DNA from: Octopus sinensis
Taxonomy: Eukaryota
Assembly: GCF_006345805.1 (NCBI RefSeq)
Contig: NC_043004.1
Coordinates: 56,420,001 to 56,484,000 of the forward strand
Direction of reading: 5' to 3'
DNA length: 64,000 bases
The first letter of the stretch is position 1. Every line of letters begins with the position of its first letter. The notes beneath the pieces are model-generated. The model saw nothing but the letters and a program-made list of their open reading frames with translations. It made no database searches and was not told the origin of the DNA. Made by a program: the position numbers and the translations under genes. This document shows, piece by piece, positions 1 through 13,509 of the stretch.

Positions 1-763
1 CGTTTATCTCTCCCTCTGTTTCTTCAAATATACACCTTCTATTTGATTGAAACAGTCTATTCTATAAAAAACTTATGTATCTAGCACCATCTCTTTTCAG
101 TTTGGCCTTAAATGCTGTCTCCTTTTCTGTCAATTCTTCATGTACTCTTTATTTTCCTTTTCTTCTAACCTGTTCTATCCATTCAATTTTCTGGTAACTG
201 CTTTATTCTTGAGCTTCCTTCTCATTATCCTATTCAATTGCCCCAGTTCTGCCCGTCTATTTTCATGTTTCATTCGTATTCTCTTCCTCTGGTTTGGTTC
301 TTTCTTTTTATTTGCTTTAATGTCTTCAGCTTTTCGCTGGAAGCCTATTACATCCGAGAAAGAAATTGAGAGTGGAGAATGAAGTGCTGTCCTCGAGCGA
401 GTTTATTGAAAGGAGAGTGAATGTTGCAAACAAGCCAAGGGTGAATGTTACGCCTCTAAGTGTAGACCTGTGAGAGTGTGTCGGAGAGAAAGAATTGGCG
501 AGGGCACTTACTGTTGATATTCAGGAAAATCTCAGACTGAGGTTCCTCGATTATTCCTAGAAGTCATCATGTTTCAGAAGGGCTACATCTCTATCATTCT
601 CCCCACCCTATATTTTTACCTTTCTATGCTATAAATATATGTCCCTTCCTTTCCAACGTATACTGAGCATAATTACCTTTTTTCTATCATTTCATTGTAA
701 ACCCTTACTTTGTATTTGTCATTGTATCGCCCCCGTATATCTTCTTCTTCTTCTTCTTCTTCT

Positions 764-870
764 TCTTTTTCTTCTTCTTCTTCTTCTTCTTCTTCTTCTT
801 CTTCTTCTTCGTCTTCTTCTTTTTCTTCTTCTTCTTCTTCTTCTTCTTATTATTATTATTATCATTATTC
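764..870. repeat. (CTT)n then (ATT)n compound microsatellite
   Basis: Direct reading; source of the poly-Leu/Ile ORF 639-875. Confidence 0.95.
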
Positions 871-1254
871 GGTAGTTTTATTTTTATAGCGTGCTTTCAC
901 TTCACTACCGAGCACAGCTCTGTGTGCCTTGGGTATGTGCTGTGATTTGTTGTGATGCTCTGATGGTTATTGTATGGAAAGTGTTCTGCGTAGGATGTGT
1001 GCAGTGCCTAGTAGTGCAATTTTCTGTATGTTATATGTGTTTGTAAGTCCTGGTGTTTTTGTTATGTATTTGTCTGAATATTTTTTTATCATGCCTAATG
1101 CACCTACTATGATAGGAATTGTTTCTGTTTTCAGATTCCACATTCTAGTTACCTCTATTTCCAGGTCTTTGTATTTTGAGAGTTTCTCCATTTCTTTTAG
1201 AGAACGTTGTCATCTGCCGGTATTGACACATCAATTAGAAAGCATTTTTTTTTC

Positions 1255-1257
<3 letters not shown>
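871..1257 (-). mobile_element. 5'-truncated R4/Dong-clade non-LTR retrotransposon: restriction-like endonuclease C-terminus plus 3' UTR
   Basis: Minus strand reads KKCFLIDVSIPADDNV, then a 1-nt frameshift, then LKEMEKLSKYKDLEIEVTRMWNLKTETIPIIVGALG...KIALLGTAHILRRTLSIQ. This fits the D..K..KY.DL RLE region of R2/R4-group elements. Both flanks are (TAA)n on the sense strand. Confidence 0.8.
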
Positions 1258-1306
<49 letters not shown>

Positions 1307-1352
1307 ATTATTATTATTATTATTATTATTATTATCATTATTTTTATTACAA
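1258..1352. repeat. (ATT)n microsatellite
   Basis: Direct reading. Confidence 0.95.
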
Positions 1353-1641
1353 TCATATGACCACGAGCACATACCGTGAAACGGTATTTCATTAAGAAAC
1401 AATTGTTAGAATCTATGGATTTTCTAAAGCTGCCACTTTTATCAAACTACCCGATAATTCTACGACATGCAGTTGTCTAACTGAAAATATTAATGTAAAT
1501 AAGCAGCCACTGTCTTTTTGCACTACTAAAGAAGGTCAATAATATCCATATAATTGTTAATAGCCCATAATCTCCAATTTTCATGCACTAATTTTTGATA
1601 ATACTTAGCCTAATTCTGCCGTGGTCTGGCCAATATGCATG

Positions 1642-1687
<46 letters not shown>

Positions 1688-1713
1688 CACACGTAAATAT
1701 ACATATATATTCT

Positions 1714-1768
<55 letters not shown>

Positions 1769-1807
1769 GTGTGTGTATATATAAATATGTATATATATAT
1801 TTATATA

Positions 1808-1848
<41 letters not shown>

Positions 1849-1879
1849 ATATATGTGTATATATATAGGAAAAATGATA

Positions 1880-2005
1880 ATGATAAGGTTGAATGCTAAA
1901 TTGAAAGTAAATTTTAATATAAATGGGTGTAATAAAAATTTAAAAATGGAAATCGAGCGGGAAACCGGCTTTCATGGCAAGGCAAATTTCAAGATTTGAA
2001 AGGGG
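1880..2005 (+). mobile_element. Inverted partial copy of the RT segment of the adjacent Penelope remnant
   Basis: aatataaatgggtgtaataaaaatttaaaaatggaaatcgagcgggaaaccggctttcatggcaaggcaaatttcaagattt is similar to the reverse complement of about 3440-3530. Confidence 0.65.
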
Positions 2006-2329
2006 AAAAAATTTTTTTAAATGAGGAAAAGGAAAAACATTTACAATGTTTTTTCAAAAAGATAATAAATATACACGAAAATTTAATAAGTAAGTATACC
2101 AATACATTCTAGTATCTTTATGCTTTTAAATTTCAATATTATTCCATAGATAACATCTTTGGAGGATTAGGGTGCATGTGTTTTAGTGTAGTGTTTTGTT
2201 TGAGAAGGATGGATGTTTATGTGTCAAAACAAGAAATGAGGTCGGAGTTATCCAGTTCCTGTGAATTAGGGGAGAACATTCTGTGGATTTTTTACTCTTT
2301 ATTTGGAATGCTGGAATTTTGCTTATATC

Positions 2330-3560
2330 TATTTTTTGTCAAACAAGATGCTAGAAAAAGGAATACAGTCACCGTGGAGTTTGTATATTAAGAAGCGTTT
2401 GGAATTTTTCAATAAAAAGATTCTCCTAGTTGATTCTTTCTTGTGTAGAGATTTTGTCTTCCCATTGATAGAAAGGGAATACACGGAATTTGGGATTTTT
2501 ATTTCTAGCACAAGATTCTATGTAGCTACTGAGTGGAATTTGACAGTATTGTGGGAGATTTATCTGTTCTTTATGGACTACTACTCTTCTGCGTAAAGGA
2601 AGGCTCGTCTGTCCAATATAATTGCGTTGGCAACATGCGCATGTAAGGACGTAAATGAGGTTCTCGGAGGAACAAGCGAAATTGGTCTTGATTTTAAACT
2701 TTGTTCCTTGTTTGAAAGTAAATTCAGAGCCTTCAAGGGGCAGACACCACAGTTAGGGCGTACACATTTTTTAACTGATGGGCTGGATGTGTAGTGTGAA
2801 GTTTGGCATTTGTTAAGAGTTTTTTCAATGATTTATGTTGCCTTTTGCATTTAAGGATTTTATGTGTATTGATAATATTATTCATTTTTTGGGTCCCTGG
2901 ATAGTAAGGGGAGGTTTTGTATGATTGTGGTGTATGCTCCGTTGTTTTGGGGGTTGTGGGTGGAAATGTATGGGGGTATTTTGAGGTTGGGTAAGTTACT
3001 GTGTTGGGTGGTTTTCAGTGTGTTATTGTTGAGTTCCTTGGCACGTTTTATTCCATAGTATATGAATGTGGAGGGATATTGGCGTTGTAATAGTGTTTTT
3101 TGACGTCTTGAAGGCGTATTTCTCGAGTTGTTGGGTCCGAGACAATGATGCAAATCCTTTTAGCTAAGTTGAAGGGATATTTATCTTGGTGTGTTTTGGG
3201 TGGCATGAACTGAAGAGGAGGTATTGTTGTGAGTCTGTAGGTATGTGGTAGAAGTCGGTTGTGATTTGGTTGTTAGTTTTTTTTTATAATTGAGAGATCA
3301 AGTAAAGGGGATGATGTTTGCTGAATTCCATAGTGAATTGAATGTTGGGATGTATGTTTTTAAGTGTGGTTTTGAATTCCAGAAGTTTTTCATAAGATTC
3401 TTTCCATATGATGAAACAATCATCTAGGTATCTTTTCCCAAATCTTGAGAATTTTGCTTGCAATGAAAGCCGATTTCCGGTTTGATTTCCTTTTAATTTT
3501 TCTTACACCCATTTATATTAAAATTTGCTTTCATGTATATATTCTGCTTTATTATTATTA
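2330..3560 (-). mobile_element. Penelope-like element remnant (RT C-terminal half plus GIY-YIG endonuclease), frameshifted
   Basis: Minus strand reads GKRYLDDCFIIW (about 3403-3438), FYHIPTDSQQYLLFSSCHPKHTKINIP, CVRPNCGVC, and NLIYVLTCACCQRNYIGQT (YIGQT at 2606-2620). Confidence 0.9.
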
Positions 3561-3624
3561 TTGTTTCTTTTCCTCTCCTATCATTTCTCCTCGTACGGTT
3601 AACACAACCCCACTATTTACTGAG

Positions 3625-3696
<72 letters not shown>

Positions 3697-3833
3697 TTTC
3701 CCCCACTTATTTTCTGTGTGAATTTCTGTTTCTAAGCTGGGAAATGTGTTTCCATCTCTATATATTCTCATTTATTTCTGTTATTTGATATTTGTCCGTC
3801 TTTTTGCCTTTCTCACTTGTGCGATCATGTTTT

Positions 3834-4219
3834 GTGGAGGCGCAATGGCCCAGTGGTTAGGGCAGCAGACTCGCGGTCATAGGATCGCGGTTTCGATTCC
3901 CAGACCGGGCGTTGTGAGTGTTTATTGAGCGAAAACACCTAAAGCTCCACGAGGCCCCGGCAGGGGATGGTGGTGATCCCTGCTGTACTTTTTCACCACA
4001 ACTTTCTCTCACTCTTACTTCCTGTTTCTGTTGTACCTGTATTTCAAAGGGCCGGCCTTGTCACTCTCTGTGTCACGCTGAATATCCCCGAGAATTACGT
4101 TCAGGGTACACGTGTCAGTGGAGTGCTCAGCCACTTACACGTTAATTTCACGAGCAGGCTGTTCCGTTGATTCGGATCAACCGGAACTCTCATCGTCGTA
4201 ACCGACGGAGTGCTTCCAT
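3834..4219 (+). mobile_element. tRNA-derived SINE, family A, full length with TSD
   Basis: Head ggaggcgcaatggcccagtggttagggc...ggtttcgattccc has A- and B-box-like motifs. TSD atcatgtttt at 3824-3833 and 4220-4229. Near-identical to 42219-42591. Confidence 0.9.
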
Positions 4220-5049
4220 ATCATGTTTTATCTTTAGCTTTCATTTCTTTTATTCTCCCTCTCATTTTGAAAATTAGTGTTTCTCTTTCTCTATCCGACT
4301 GTCCTTAACGACCTCTTTCTTTCATTATACAACTGTATCTATATATAAACCTACATTCTCTTTAAATATCTCTTTATTCATATCATCCATCATTATTTGG
4401 AACTCTCTTCCGACCCTTTCCTTTCGTGTCACTCCCTGTACTTTATCGTTTGCTCCCATTTGTTTTTCTTTGCTATCTAACCAGGTAGCTTAGTTATCTT
4501 TCACCATATCTGCCAATCATGCTGTCGCTTTCCTCGACTCTTATTATATCAATTCAATCAAGTATAATTACTGCTCCATTGAAATTTGTTAATTTCTTAA
4601 TTCTATACTGTTACACTTCCATAAGTAATAGATTCAAATTAAACCAATTCACCGCGTAGTAAGAAGCAGACAGCTTAATTAAATTTAAAAGACGTCACTT
4701 TGAATAATAAATTTATATCATGCCAGCTTTGATGTTTAATATCGGTATGGTCTGGACAACATAAAGAGACATAAATAATCAGAAATTTCAATCCACACAT
4801 GATTTACTCCGATCAAGATGGGTCAATTATTTTTATCTTAATGATTACAGTCTACTTCATAAAGACGTGCAGAGGTTCCGTCATATGAATTAGCTGTTAG
4901 CTTTTCCATTTCAAGATATATGAGTTTCATCACCGCACACAGTATTACAAACAGCATCTCGTGTACTTAGAGTATGTACTATCGGAAGATGAATGAATTC
5001 ATTCAAGTGATAGAGTGTGAATCTTAAGTTACCAGGTACGGCTATATAT

Positions 5050-5088
<39 letters not shown>

Positions 5089-5090
<2 letters not shown>

Positions 5091-5880
5091 AACGAGGCTT
5101 GATCAGTAAACATCCGGACTGCAGCACACAGAGTGAAGCTGTTTGGCATGAATTGACCTTGGGCTCAGCTGTGCATGCGCACTAATTTTTAACGTTCTAG
5201 CTCACTTTCGCTGTTTACAGCAGTGCCTAGAATGTAGGTGTGTAGCGTGTGATCGTCCCATTGATCATGACAGAGAAAGTTGTCATGGCGATACCTGCTC
5301 AGAGGAAAACGCAAACTTAAGAACATTTATGGAGAAGGGTGTATGAGCCACACACAAGTGTACGAGTTGCTCAGACGTTTCCAAGGTGGCCGAAAAATGT
5401 CGGTTTTTACGAACGTAATGGAAGACCCGCAACTAGAAGAACTGAGAAAAACATCGCAGATGTGCATGCAGGGAACATCGTCGTGTGCAGATTAGTTACA
5501 GTTCAGTTCAGTCCATTATCACTGACGATTTGGGTATGAGATGAGTGTCTGCCAAGTCTGTGCCAAAACTGCTTTCAGTTAATCAAAAAATCACTCTCCT
5601 TGGTTGTGTCGAGAACGATGAAAACTTGTTGAAAACTTGATGTAGGACTCTAAGCAGTCATCTCCAAGCATTTGGTATAATTTGATGCAGATTCTCTGCT
5701 CAAATTTCTCTGTCATGTTCAGTGCGGCAATCACACGCTACACACGTTACTTCCAAGTACTGCTATAAACAGCGGAAGTGAGCTAGAACGTTAAATATTA
5801 GTGCGCATGCACAGTGGTTTCATTCTGCGTGCTTTAGCTTCATTACTATAGTCGAGATAGTTCTGGATCATACCACGTAT
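5089..5880 (+). mobile_element. Non-autonomous mariner derivative (irritans-like termini) with long inverted arms
   Basis: Transposase N-terminal HTH remnant KLKNIYGEGCMSHTQVYELLRRFQGGR. About 5690-5879 is an inverted copy of the left end. Termini are TA-flanked (acgag.../...cacgta). Confidence 0.8.
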
Positions 5881-6343
5881 ATTTATATATATTATAGTAT
5901 TTTACTACTTTCAGTCATAAGGCGGTGCCCACTGTAGGACTATTTTAGTTCAAACTGGCCCCACTACATACATTTTTAAAGCCTGTTATTACTATGTCGC
6001 TCACGCTCACCGAAACTCTACTTTATGTGTACGCAAACAAACCACAACCGGTTGTAAAGCGGTAATGGGAAACAAACATAAAGATGCTAACGAACACACA
6101 CACGCACACAGACACAGACACACGCACAGAGACACACATGCGTGCGCACATACAAATACACGTACACACACAAACACACACGAACATACACACACACAAA
6201 GACACACATACCTATATACAACGTCAACGGTATCCACTCACAGGGCTTTTATCGTTCCTAGGCTATTGAAGAGGACATCTGCCGAAGGTAACTCGCAGTA
6301 TGAATGAATCTGGAACCATCAGTCATGGATATGAACGTATGTG

Positions 6344-6456
<113 letters not shown>

Positions 6457-6514
6457 GTGTGTGTATATGTATATGTGTATATATATGTATATACATATAT
6501 ATATACACACATGC

Positions 6515-6558
<44 letters not shown>

Positions 6559-6560
6559 CG

Positions 6561-6603
<43 letters not shown>

Positions 6604-6697
6604 GAGCTCTAGATATTAGTGTCTAAATATTGAGTCAAAATGTGCTTTGGATACAAAAGGTCAAAGTGTTGTCAAGGGAATCGGACAACTTCTTTAG

Positions 6698-6765
6698 ACA
6701 TGAACATCATTCTAAGATTAGACGAAAGGAATTTTACCAGTTTCCCTGATCATTTTAGAAACATC
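6698..6765 (+). CDS. Candidate small exon (DMNIILRLDERNFTSFPDHFRNI)
   Basis: Acceptor cttctttag, donor gtgagt, only one of three frames open. Protein not recognised. Confidence 0.3.
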
Positions 6766-7364
6766 GTGAGTACGAAAGCAAGTGTTTACATTACAATAAT
6801 TTTCTCATAAACCAGTGATGAAGGTTGTAATTATAAAGAACCATATTTAATAAATTCTCTCAGTTATACCATGACTGATAGGACTATCTGAGATCATCTT
6901 TCACGTATCGGCATTACTAATATACAGCTTTGGTCAAAATGAAATGAAGTGCCATGATTTATCTGAAATTTCAGTCTACAACCGATTCACTTTTAATGAT
7001 TAATTGAGTTTTTAGATATAATAATTTCAGACGGCTTCATATTAACCACAACGTTTTATCTAATATCAAATCGAAAACTTACTCTTCAACGATTACATAA
7101 TCAGTTTAATATGATATGCATAGGTGGTGATGGAGAATGCAGCTGAATAATTTTCTTGACAGGGTCATTGCAAGAATGTTAGTTGTAGACAATAAAATTA
7201 GTTCCACTTTTAGATAAGGAGGCGTGGCTAGTCAGAGGTTAAAGTGTAGCATTTTCACAAAACAATAGATTATTTTAAGTTATCTTTCCCTCCGACTTTC
7301 CTGTCTCTTCGTCCATTTTTATATTTGCCTGAGCGTATTTCGCTCACTACCTGTGTATCTGTGT

Positions 7365-8103
7365 GCCGTTATCCATATTCCACATCTTTCAAAAACAAAC
7401 GTAGTAAAGCGTTTCGAGTGGTGTAAGAACCTGCAAAATTGGTCCCTAGAGTTGTGGAAGAATGTTACTTTCTCGGACGAGTCATCCTTTTACCTTATTT
7501 CCGACCACTGACGAGTATACGTGTGGAGACAGCAAAACGAAGCATTTGAACCAGGATTGCCTTCTTTTAACTGTTACCATGGATGAGGATCTGTGATGAT
7601 TTGTGGGACTGTATCTTAGAAATCCGCTGACCCAATGATTTCCCTTCGTGGCAGAATAAATAGTCAAGACTATTTAAGTATTATATCTGATCAAATTCAT
7701 CTTATGGTTGCGGAACTGCTTCCAAAGGGAAACGCAATCTTTCAGGATGATAATGCACCAATTCACACAGCTAAAGTTGATACTGAATGGCACAAGAAAC
7801 ATTCCAGTGAAGTTGAAGATTTTATCTGGCCAACACAGTCCCTAGATCTCAATATTATTGAACATTTATGGTGCATTTTAGAATAACAAGTAAGGAATCG
7901 ATATCCTCCACCATAGTCACTACAAGAACTGGAGACTGTTTTAGCTGAAGAATGGATAAAAATTTCTTTGGAAACAATTCAAACTTTGTATGAGTCCATA
8001 CCTCGTAGAATTCACGGTGTAATTGTTGCTAAACGCGGTCCTACTCCATATTAAAATATATTTGCTTGAAATTTTAAGGTGTTTCCTTTATTTTGTCCCT
8101 CTG
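7365..8103 (+). mobile_element. Tc1-like transposon 3' fragment with DD36E spacing, pseudogenised
   Basis: WKNVTFSDES ... FQDDNAPIHTAK...WPTQSLDLNIIEHLW ... LYESIPRRIHGVIVAKRGPTPY. Right TIR ends ...ttttgtccctctg followed by TA at 8104-8105. Confidence 0.9.
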
Positions 8104-8113
8104 TATGTATGTG

Positions 8114-8167
<54 letters not shown>

Positions 8168-8220
8168 CATATGTACATGTATATAGATGCACACATTATA
8201 TATATGTATGTATGTATATA

Positions 8221-8281
<61 letters not shown>

Positions 8282-8292
8282 ATATATGTATA

Positions 8293-9217
8293 TTTGTTTG
8301 GCAGCCCATAATAATGCGTTGTTTTTTACTTTTATTTTTTTCAAAATTATGATAAACAAAGTTCTTTTTAGATTTAAAATATACTCTCCTTCATTTTCTA
8401 CAATGCACTTCCATCTGTCTGGTAGACTTGAAAGCCCGTCTTCCACAATTTACTTGTCTGTAACGGAAAACTATTCCCTCAGTACTGTTCCGACTTCATC
8501 TACGGAATTCTATTTATTTCCGTCCAAATGATTTTGAAGCCTGCAGAATATATGACAATCAGATGGGTCAATGTTCGGTGAATATGGTGGGTGGGGTATC
8601 GTTTCCCATTCCAACTGCTTCAGCCTTTGAAATATCAACATCGCTGTATGTGGCCGAGCATTATCCTTATGGAAGGACAACATACATCTTAAAACCAAAG
8701 ATGGTCGTTTTTCTTCTAGCGCTCACTTAAGCCACTCAAGCTGCTCGCTGTAGATCTTCTTTGTTATCATTTGATTTCGGTTTAAAAGCTCAAAGTGGAC
8801 TAAATGTTCCATATCCCAAGAAACATATTACAAAACCTTACGTGGCTGAAGACCTTCTTTAGCCGGGGGTGCCGGTGTTCCTCCTTGCCCTACCCACTGT
8901 CTGCAGCGCTTGACATTTTTATAGAGAACCCATTTCTCATCACTAGTCACTGTTCGATTCCAAATAGGTTCGTAACTGCGACGTGAGAGCAAAAGAGAGC
9001 ACACATTTACTCTCTGCGCGCGATTCGAGGAACCCATTGACTCAATTTGCTGACTTTTCCGATGGCACGCAGGTCTCAATGAATGATTGAATGACCAGCT
9101 CTAAGCTTTTCTGCTAGTTTCTCAACACTTACGATAGGATTTTGTTCCACCAGGGTTTACAGGATGTCCTCATTAAGATCTACAGAACTTCTAGGACGAG
9201 GATCATCTTCTAGGTTG
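8293..9217 (-). mobile_element. Mariner (DD34D) transposon fragment, pseudogenised
   Basis: Minus strand reads VTSDEKWVLY, HKDNARPH...HPPYSPNIDPSD (34 residues D to D) and [18 protein letters not shown]-like end near 8293-8320. Confidence 0.9.
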
Positions 9218-9563
9218 TACAACAACAACAACAACAGCCCAAAGAAAGCCATGACTGAAATACTTTATTGGTTGCTTTTATGAAGCATATTTCAAGTACA
9301 CATACTTGTCCTTTCCAAATAAAGTAATCATCATTTGTGTCAGTACCTTAAGATCCAAGTTACTTGATATCACTAACCTTCTTGAATTACATAATAGCGC
9401 TGGAACCGATGTCTAAGTTTTTTTATCTTCATTGAAGGTCATACACAACATTTCCTGCAGCATTATCAACACCAATTTATAATGTACGGATACTTTATCT
9501 TGAAAATATGATCATTGGTCACGCAATAGAATTTTGAAGGCATTCAGAATTTTATTTTCATAT

Positions 9564-9980
9564 ATAGGCACAGGAGTGGCTGTGTGGTAAGTAGCTTGTT
9601 TACCAACCACATGGTTCTGAGTTCAGTCCCACTGCGTCGCACCTTGGGCAAGTGTCTTCTACTATAGCCTCGGGCCAACCAAAGCCTTGTGAGTGGATTT
9701 GGTAGACGGAAACTGAAAGAAGCCCGTCGTATTATATATGTGTGTGTGTGTGTGTGTATATTTGTGTGTCTGTGTTAGTCCCCCTAGCATTGCTTGACAA
9801 CCGCTGCTGGTGTGTTTATGTCCCCGTTACCTAGCGGTTCGGCAAAAGAAACCGATAAAATAAGTACTGGGCTAACAAAAGAATAAGTCCCGGGGTCGAG
9901 TTGCTCGATTAAAGGCGGTGCTCCAGCAAGGCCGCAGTCAAATGACTGAAACAAGTAAAAGAGTAAAAAGAGTAAAGAGT
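9564..9980 (+). mobile_element. tRNA-derived SINE, family B
   Basis: Head ataggcacaggagtggctgtgtggtaagtagc...ggttctgagttcagtccc and (aaaagagt)n tail. Multiple copies in the window. Confidence 0.9.
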
Positions 9981-10685
9981 ATATATACTTTGAGAAGAGT
10001 AAATTGAAATTCGGAGCAGTTTTGGCAGTGTACGTGAAATTTTTTATATGAACTTTGAAGCGGAGTTCAAGGATGTTCTCACAAACATTTTTGGAGGCCA
10101 AGGACGTTCTTGAGGAAAATCTTCATGAGAACGTGTTCGTTAAGAATATCATATTCACATCTTCATACAAACAGTCTTATAACATATGAGAATAATCTCC
10201 TTAAATTGTCTGTATTCTAGAGATTTCAAGATCAAAGAAATTCAATTTCTCTCAAACTTTCCATTCCAACTACCATTAATATTTCATTTCGTAACTACTG
10301 TTCTATTTCAACCATTGCTCAAATTAATTCTCTACTATTCTCACTTTCAGAATCAATATGCAAATTTAAGTACTATTCGTGTTGCTGTTCTTGTTATTGT
10401 TATTTTCGTATCATTTCACAACTTAAAAAGACAGTCAGAAGTGAAATAATGAATGAGGAAAAGTTTCCAATTGCCAAATGATGTGTTAGTAATTGTTAGT
10501 GAATTCTGGCAACCCTATTATCTATTTCAATCCAAACGTAAGATTCATTGGACAAATGTGCCTCTTGTCACCTTCTCATCCAGTTATAACGTTGTTTTAT
10601 CCTGGAATTTGGTATTCTCTGCTAACAATATCATTTTCCACAAAATACAAATCGCTATAACTCATTTCTTTCGGTCTATTTATAC

Positions 10686-12480
10686 TTATTTGCGTGTGTA
10701 TTTGTGCGATTCCAAGGCCGAGGTAGGTATGTTGTTTGTCGTAGAGGCGTTCAGAAGGGGCCTGTATTTCGTAATGAAGTGAGTTTCCTTACCAATTCGT
10801 TGGCTCCAGGTTGCATCGTCCCTGAATTGGTAGAGGGGAAAAATCCTAAAGCTTGGATTTTTGTTGTTGGCGCTAATGTCTATGTGTTGGCTGAATGCTA
10901 TTTTTCTGTTTTGGGGAATTTTTATCTGTGATCTGTGCAGGACCATTCTTTTACGTAGACTATTTTTTGTTTGGCCTATGTATTACTCTTGACACCCAAA
11001 GCAGGTTAATGTGTATATCAGGTTTTCTGAAGCACATGTGAAGTTGCTTTTCACTGTGAAACGTCTCTGTTTGAAGGAGAACTCTGATCCCTCAATTAGA
11101 AAATCGCATATTCCACAATTGGGTCTTCCACATTTTTTTACTGTCGGCTTCTGTGTTGTTGAGCGTATTCGGGCTTGTGTTAGGAGACTTTTCATAGATT
11201 TGGGCTGTCTCTTGCTTTTTATGATGGTGTGTGTTTGGAGGGTTAAGTTCATTATGTGGTCCATTTTTAGCAGGGGTATGTTTTGGAGGATGGTGTCGAA
11301 GGCTTCATTGTTGAGAGGGTTGTGTGTGTAGATGTATGGTAGGGCTTTTGGTTGTAAATTTTTCTTTTGGGATGTCTGAGTTCGTGGACATTGAGTTGAC
11401 GGGCACGTTGAATGCATATGTCAATTAGTGAAGGGAGGTAGTTCCTGGTGATGAGTGTATCTTTTAGTTCATGTAGTCGTGTGTCTCTGGTGTTTGCATT
11501 AGAAACTATAGTACATATCCTTTTTGCTAGATTGAAGGGGATATTCATTCTGGTGTGTCTGGGGTGGCATGAATTGAATGGTAGATATTGCTTGGAATTC
11601 GTAGGCTTATATTATATATCTGTTTCTATTACGTTATTAGATTTCTTAATGAGGATGTCGAAGTGGGGTTGTTGCTGGCTATATTCCATCGTGAATTGGA
11701 TGTCTTCGTCCAGTCCATTTAAAAGTGCTTGGAATTCTTTAAGTTTCTCTATATTTTCATGCCAAAGAATGAAACAGTCATCTAGTTATCTCTTCCAGTT
11801 GTTTTCTATGTAGAGGGAGAAAGGGCTGTCATATCTTTCTAGAATCTTACGATACAGACTTATTTCTAGATATCCTATGACTAGGTTGGCAAAGGAGGGG
11901 GCCATTCGTGTACCCATCGCAGTCCCCGATTTTTGTCGGTAGAAGTTGTCTTTGAGGTCGAAGTAGCTATTTTCCAGGATGGATTTAAGCCCTTCTATTA
12001 GGAATTATTTTTTGATGCGATGTGGAAGTTCGTTGGCGTAATTCTCTAGTCAGAATTGAATTGCCTCTATTCCTAGGTTTTGGGGGATATTGGAATAGAG
12101 GTTGACTACATCGAAGGATACTAGTAGGGTGTTTTTGTTTATTGTTTTAGGCAGGTGATTGAGCATATCCAGGTAGTCCCTTATATAGCTTTTGACATGT
12201 TGAAGGAGTGGTTTTAAGAGGGTATCTAAAAAGTTACTAAGGCGGTGGGTTTCGCATGCGTGACCTGCTATTATAGGTCTCAATTTGAGGTCATTAGGAT
12301 TAGGGACTTTAATTATTTTGTCTGTGGCTATCTTGCATGCGTTACTTATTTTCTCACTTTTGTGTATCTTTGGGATACCGTAGAATTGGCTGGTTTTACT
12401 TGTGAAATTGGTTATATAGTCATATTCTTTGTCGGTGTGTCCTTCTTTGTATAGGTTTAACATGGATTTTAACATGCAGG
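10686..12480 (-). mobile_element. Penelope-like element remnant (RT plus GIY-YIG), 5'-truncated and decayed
   Basis: Minus strand reads FYGIPKIHK, LRPII, LVSFDVVNLYSNIP, GTAMGTRMAPSFANL, WKR*LDDCF, CGRPNCGIC and ENLIYTLTCFGCQE*YIGQT. Confidence 0.92.
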
Positions 12481-12889
12481 CTCAAACGCACAGACCCAGA
12501 TGTGACTGATTACATAGAGACACAATCACGCGTGCTTAGCCATCAACACGCATATATCCATTTTAACAGAGTAAGGACTGCTTATAGAGCGGAAAAGATT
12601 GCACTTTTCAGAGACATCGCTTCGTAGCTCACGTTATTGATTGAAAAGTTAATTAATTCAATTAATCAGTAATAAATTAATATTAATTAATTATCCTTTT
12701 ACTTGACGCTATCTATTTTGGGGAAGTGCATTTAGTGGCATCCAATCTAAATTAATTAGAAGGCTATTCAGTTAACGAGGAAAATTCATTGGTGGATCAG
12801 TCATAATAATCATCTCTTATACTGCGATATAGATTCTGATATATTTGTATATACATGAATGGCATTGGAGATATTCAGTCAGAACATAC

Positions 12890-13210
12890 ACGTGTAGAGA
12901 CGATGAGAAGTTTGCTTCTCAAAGACATGATTCCGTGGTACACTGGGAAAGTGCCGTTGAAAACGTTTTGTGTTATTAATGAATTGTTTGACAGAAACTG
13001 AAAGAAGCCCGTCTTATAGATACTCGCATATGCAAAAAGTATTTGTGTCTGTGTTTGTGTTTATGTTTGTCAACCTGTTCTGGTTTGTTTAGCTTGTGTA
13101 ATCTAGCCGTCTGAAAATATGTGTTAGGCTCAATTTTTTCCATAAAAAAATCCCTTAGTGTGGTGACGCAGAATGGCTTCAGTCCAGTAACTGAAACACG
13201 TACAAGATAA
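12890..13210 (+). mobile_element. Diverged family-B-related SINE
   Basis: agaagtttgcttctc...cactgggaaagtg...gacagaaactgaaagaagcccgtc resembles family B. Confidence 0.55.
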
Positions 13211-13466
13211 CGGATAAAAGATTAACGTATTCCAAAATTCTTACACCCCCCCATAAACCCATACATTTACGTGTCACATATCTAACTATATATATTATAT
13301 AGTCATTTATATGCATGTATGTGTGGGCAACATTTTGTGTGCATACGTATTTACCTATGTTTGAATATATAGGGTATGTTCCTAGTAGTAAGCCGATGAA
13401 GCACGTTCACTGCATACAACAAAGGATTCTATTTTCCTTCTCTATCATTACTTATATATATATGTA

Positions 13467-13506
<40 letters not shown>

Positions 13507-13509
13507 ATT

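Noticed and set aside
3834-3910. tRNA-like sequences at SINE heads (also 9564, 42219, 48955)
   Set aside because: Cloverleaf pairing is broken and each runs into a SINE body with a TSD or tail, so they are not tRNA genes.
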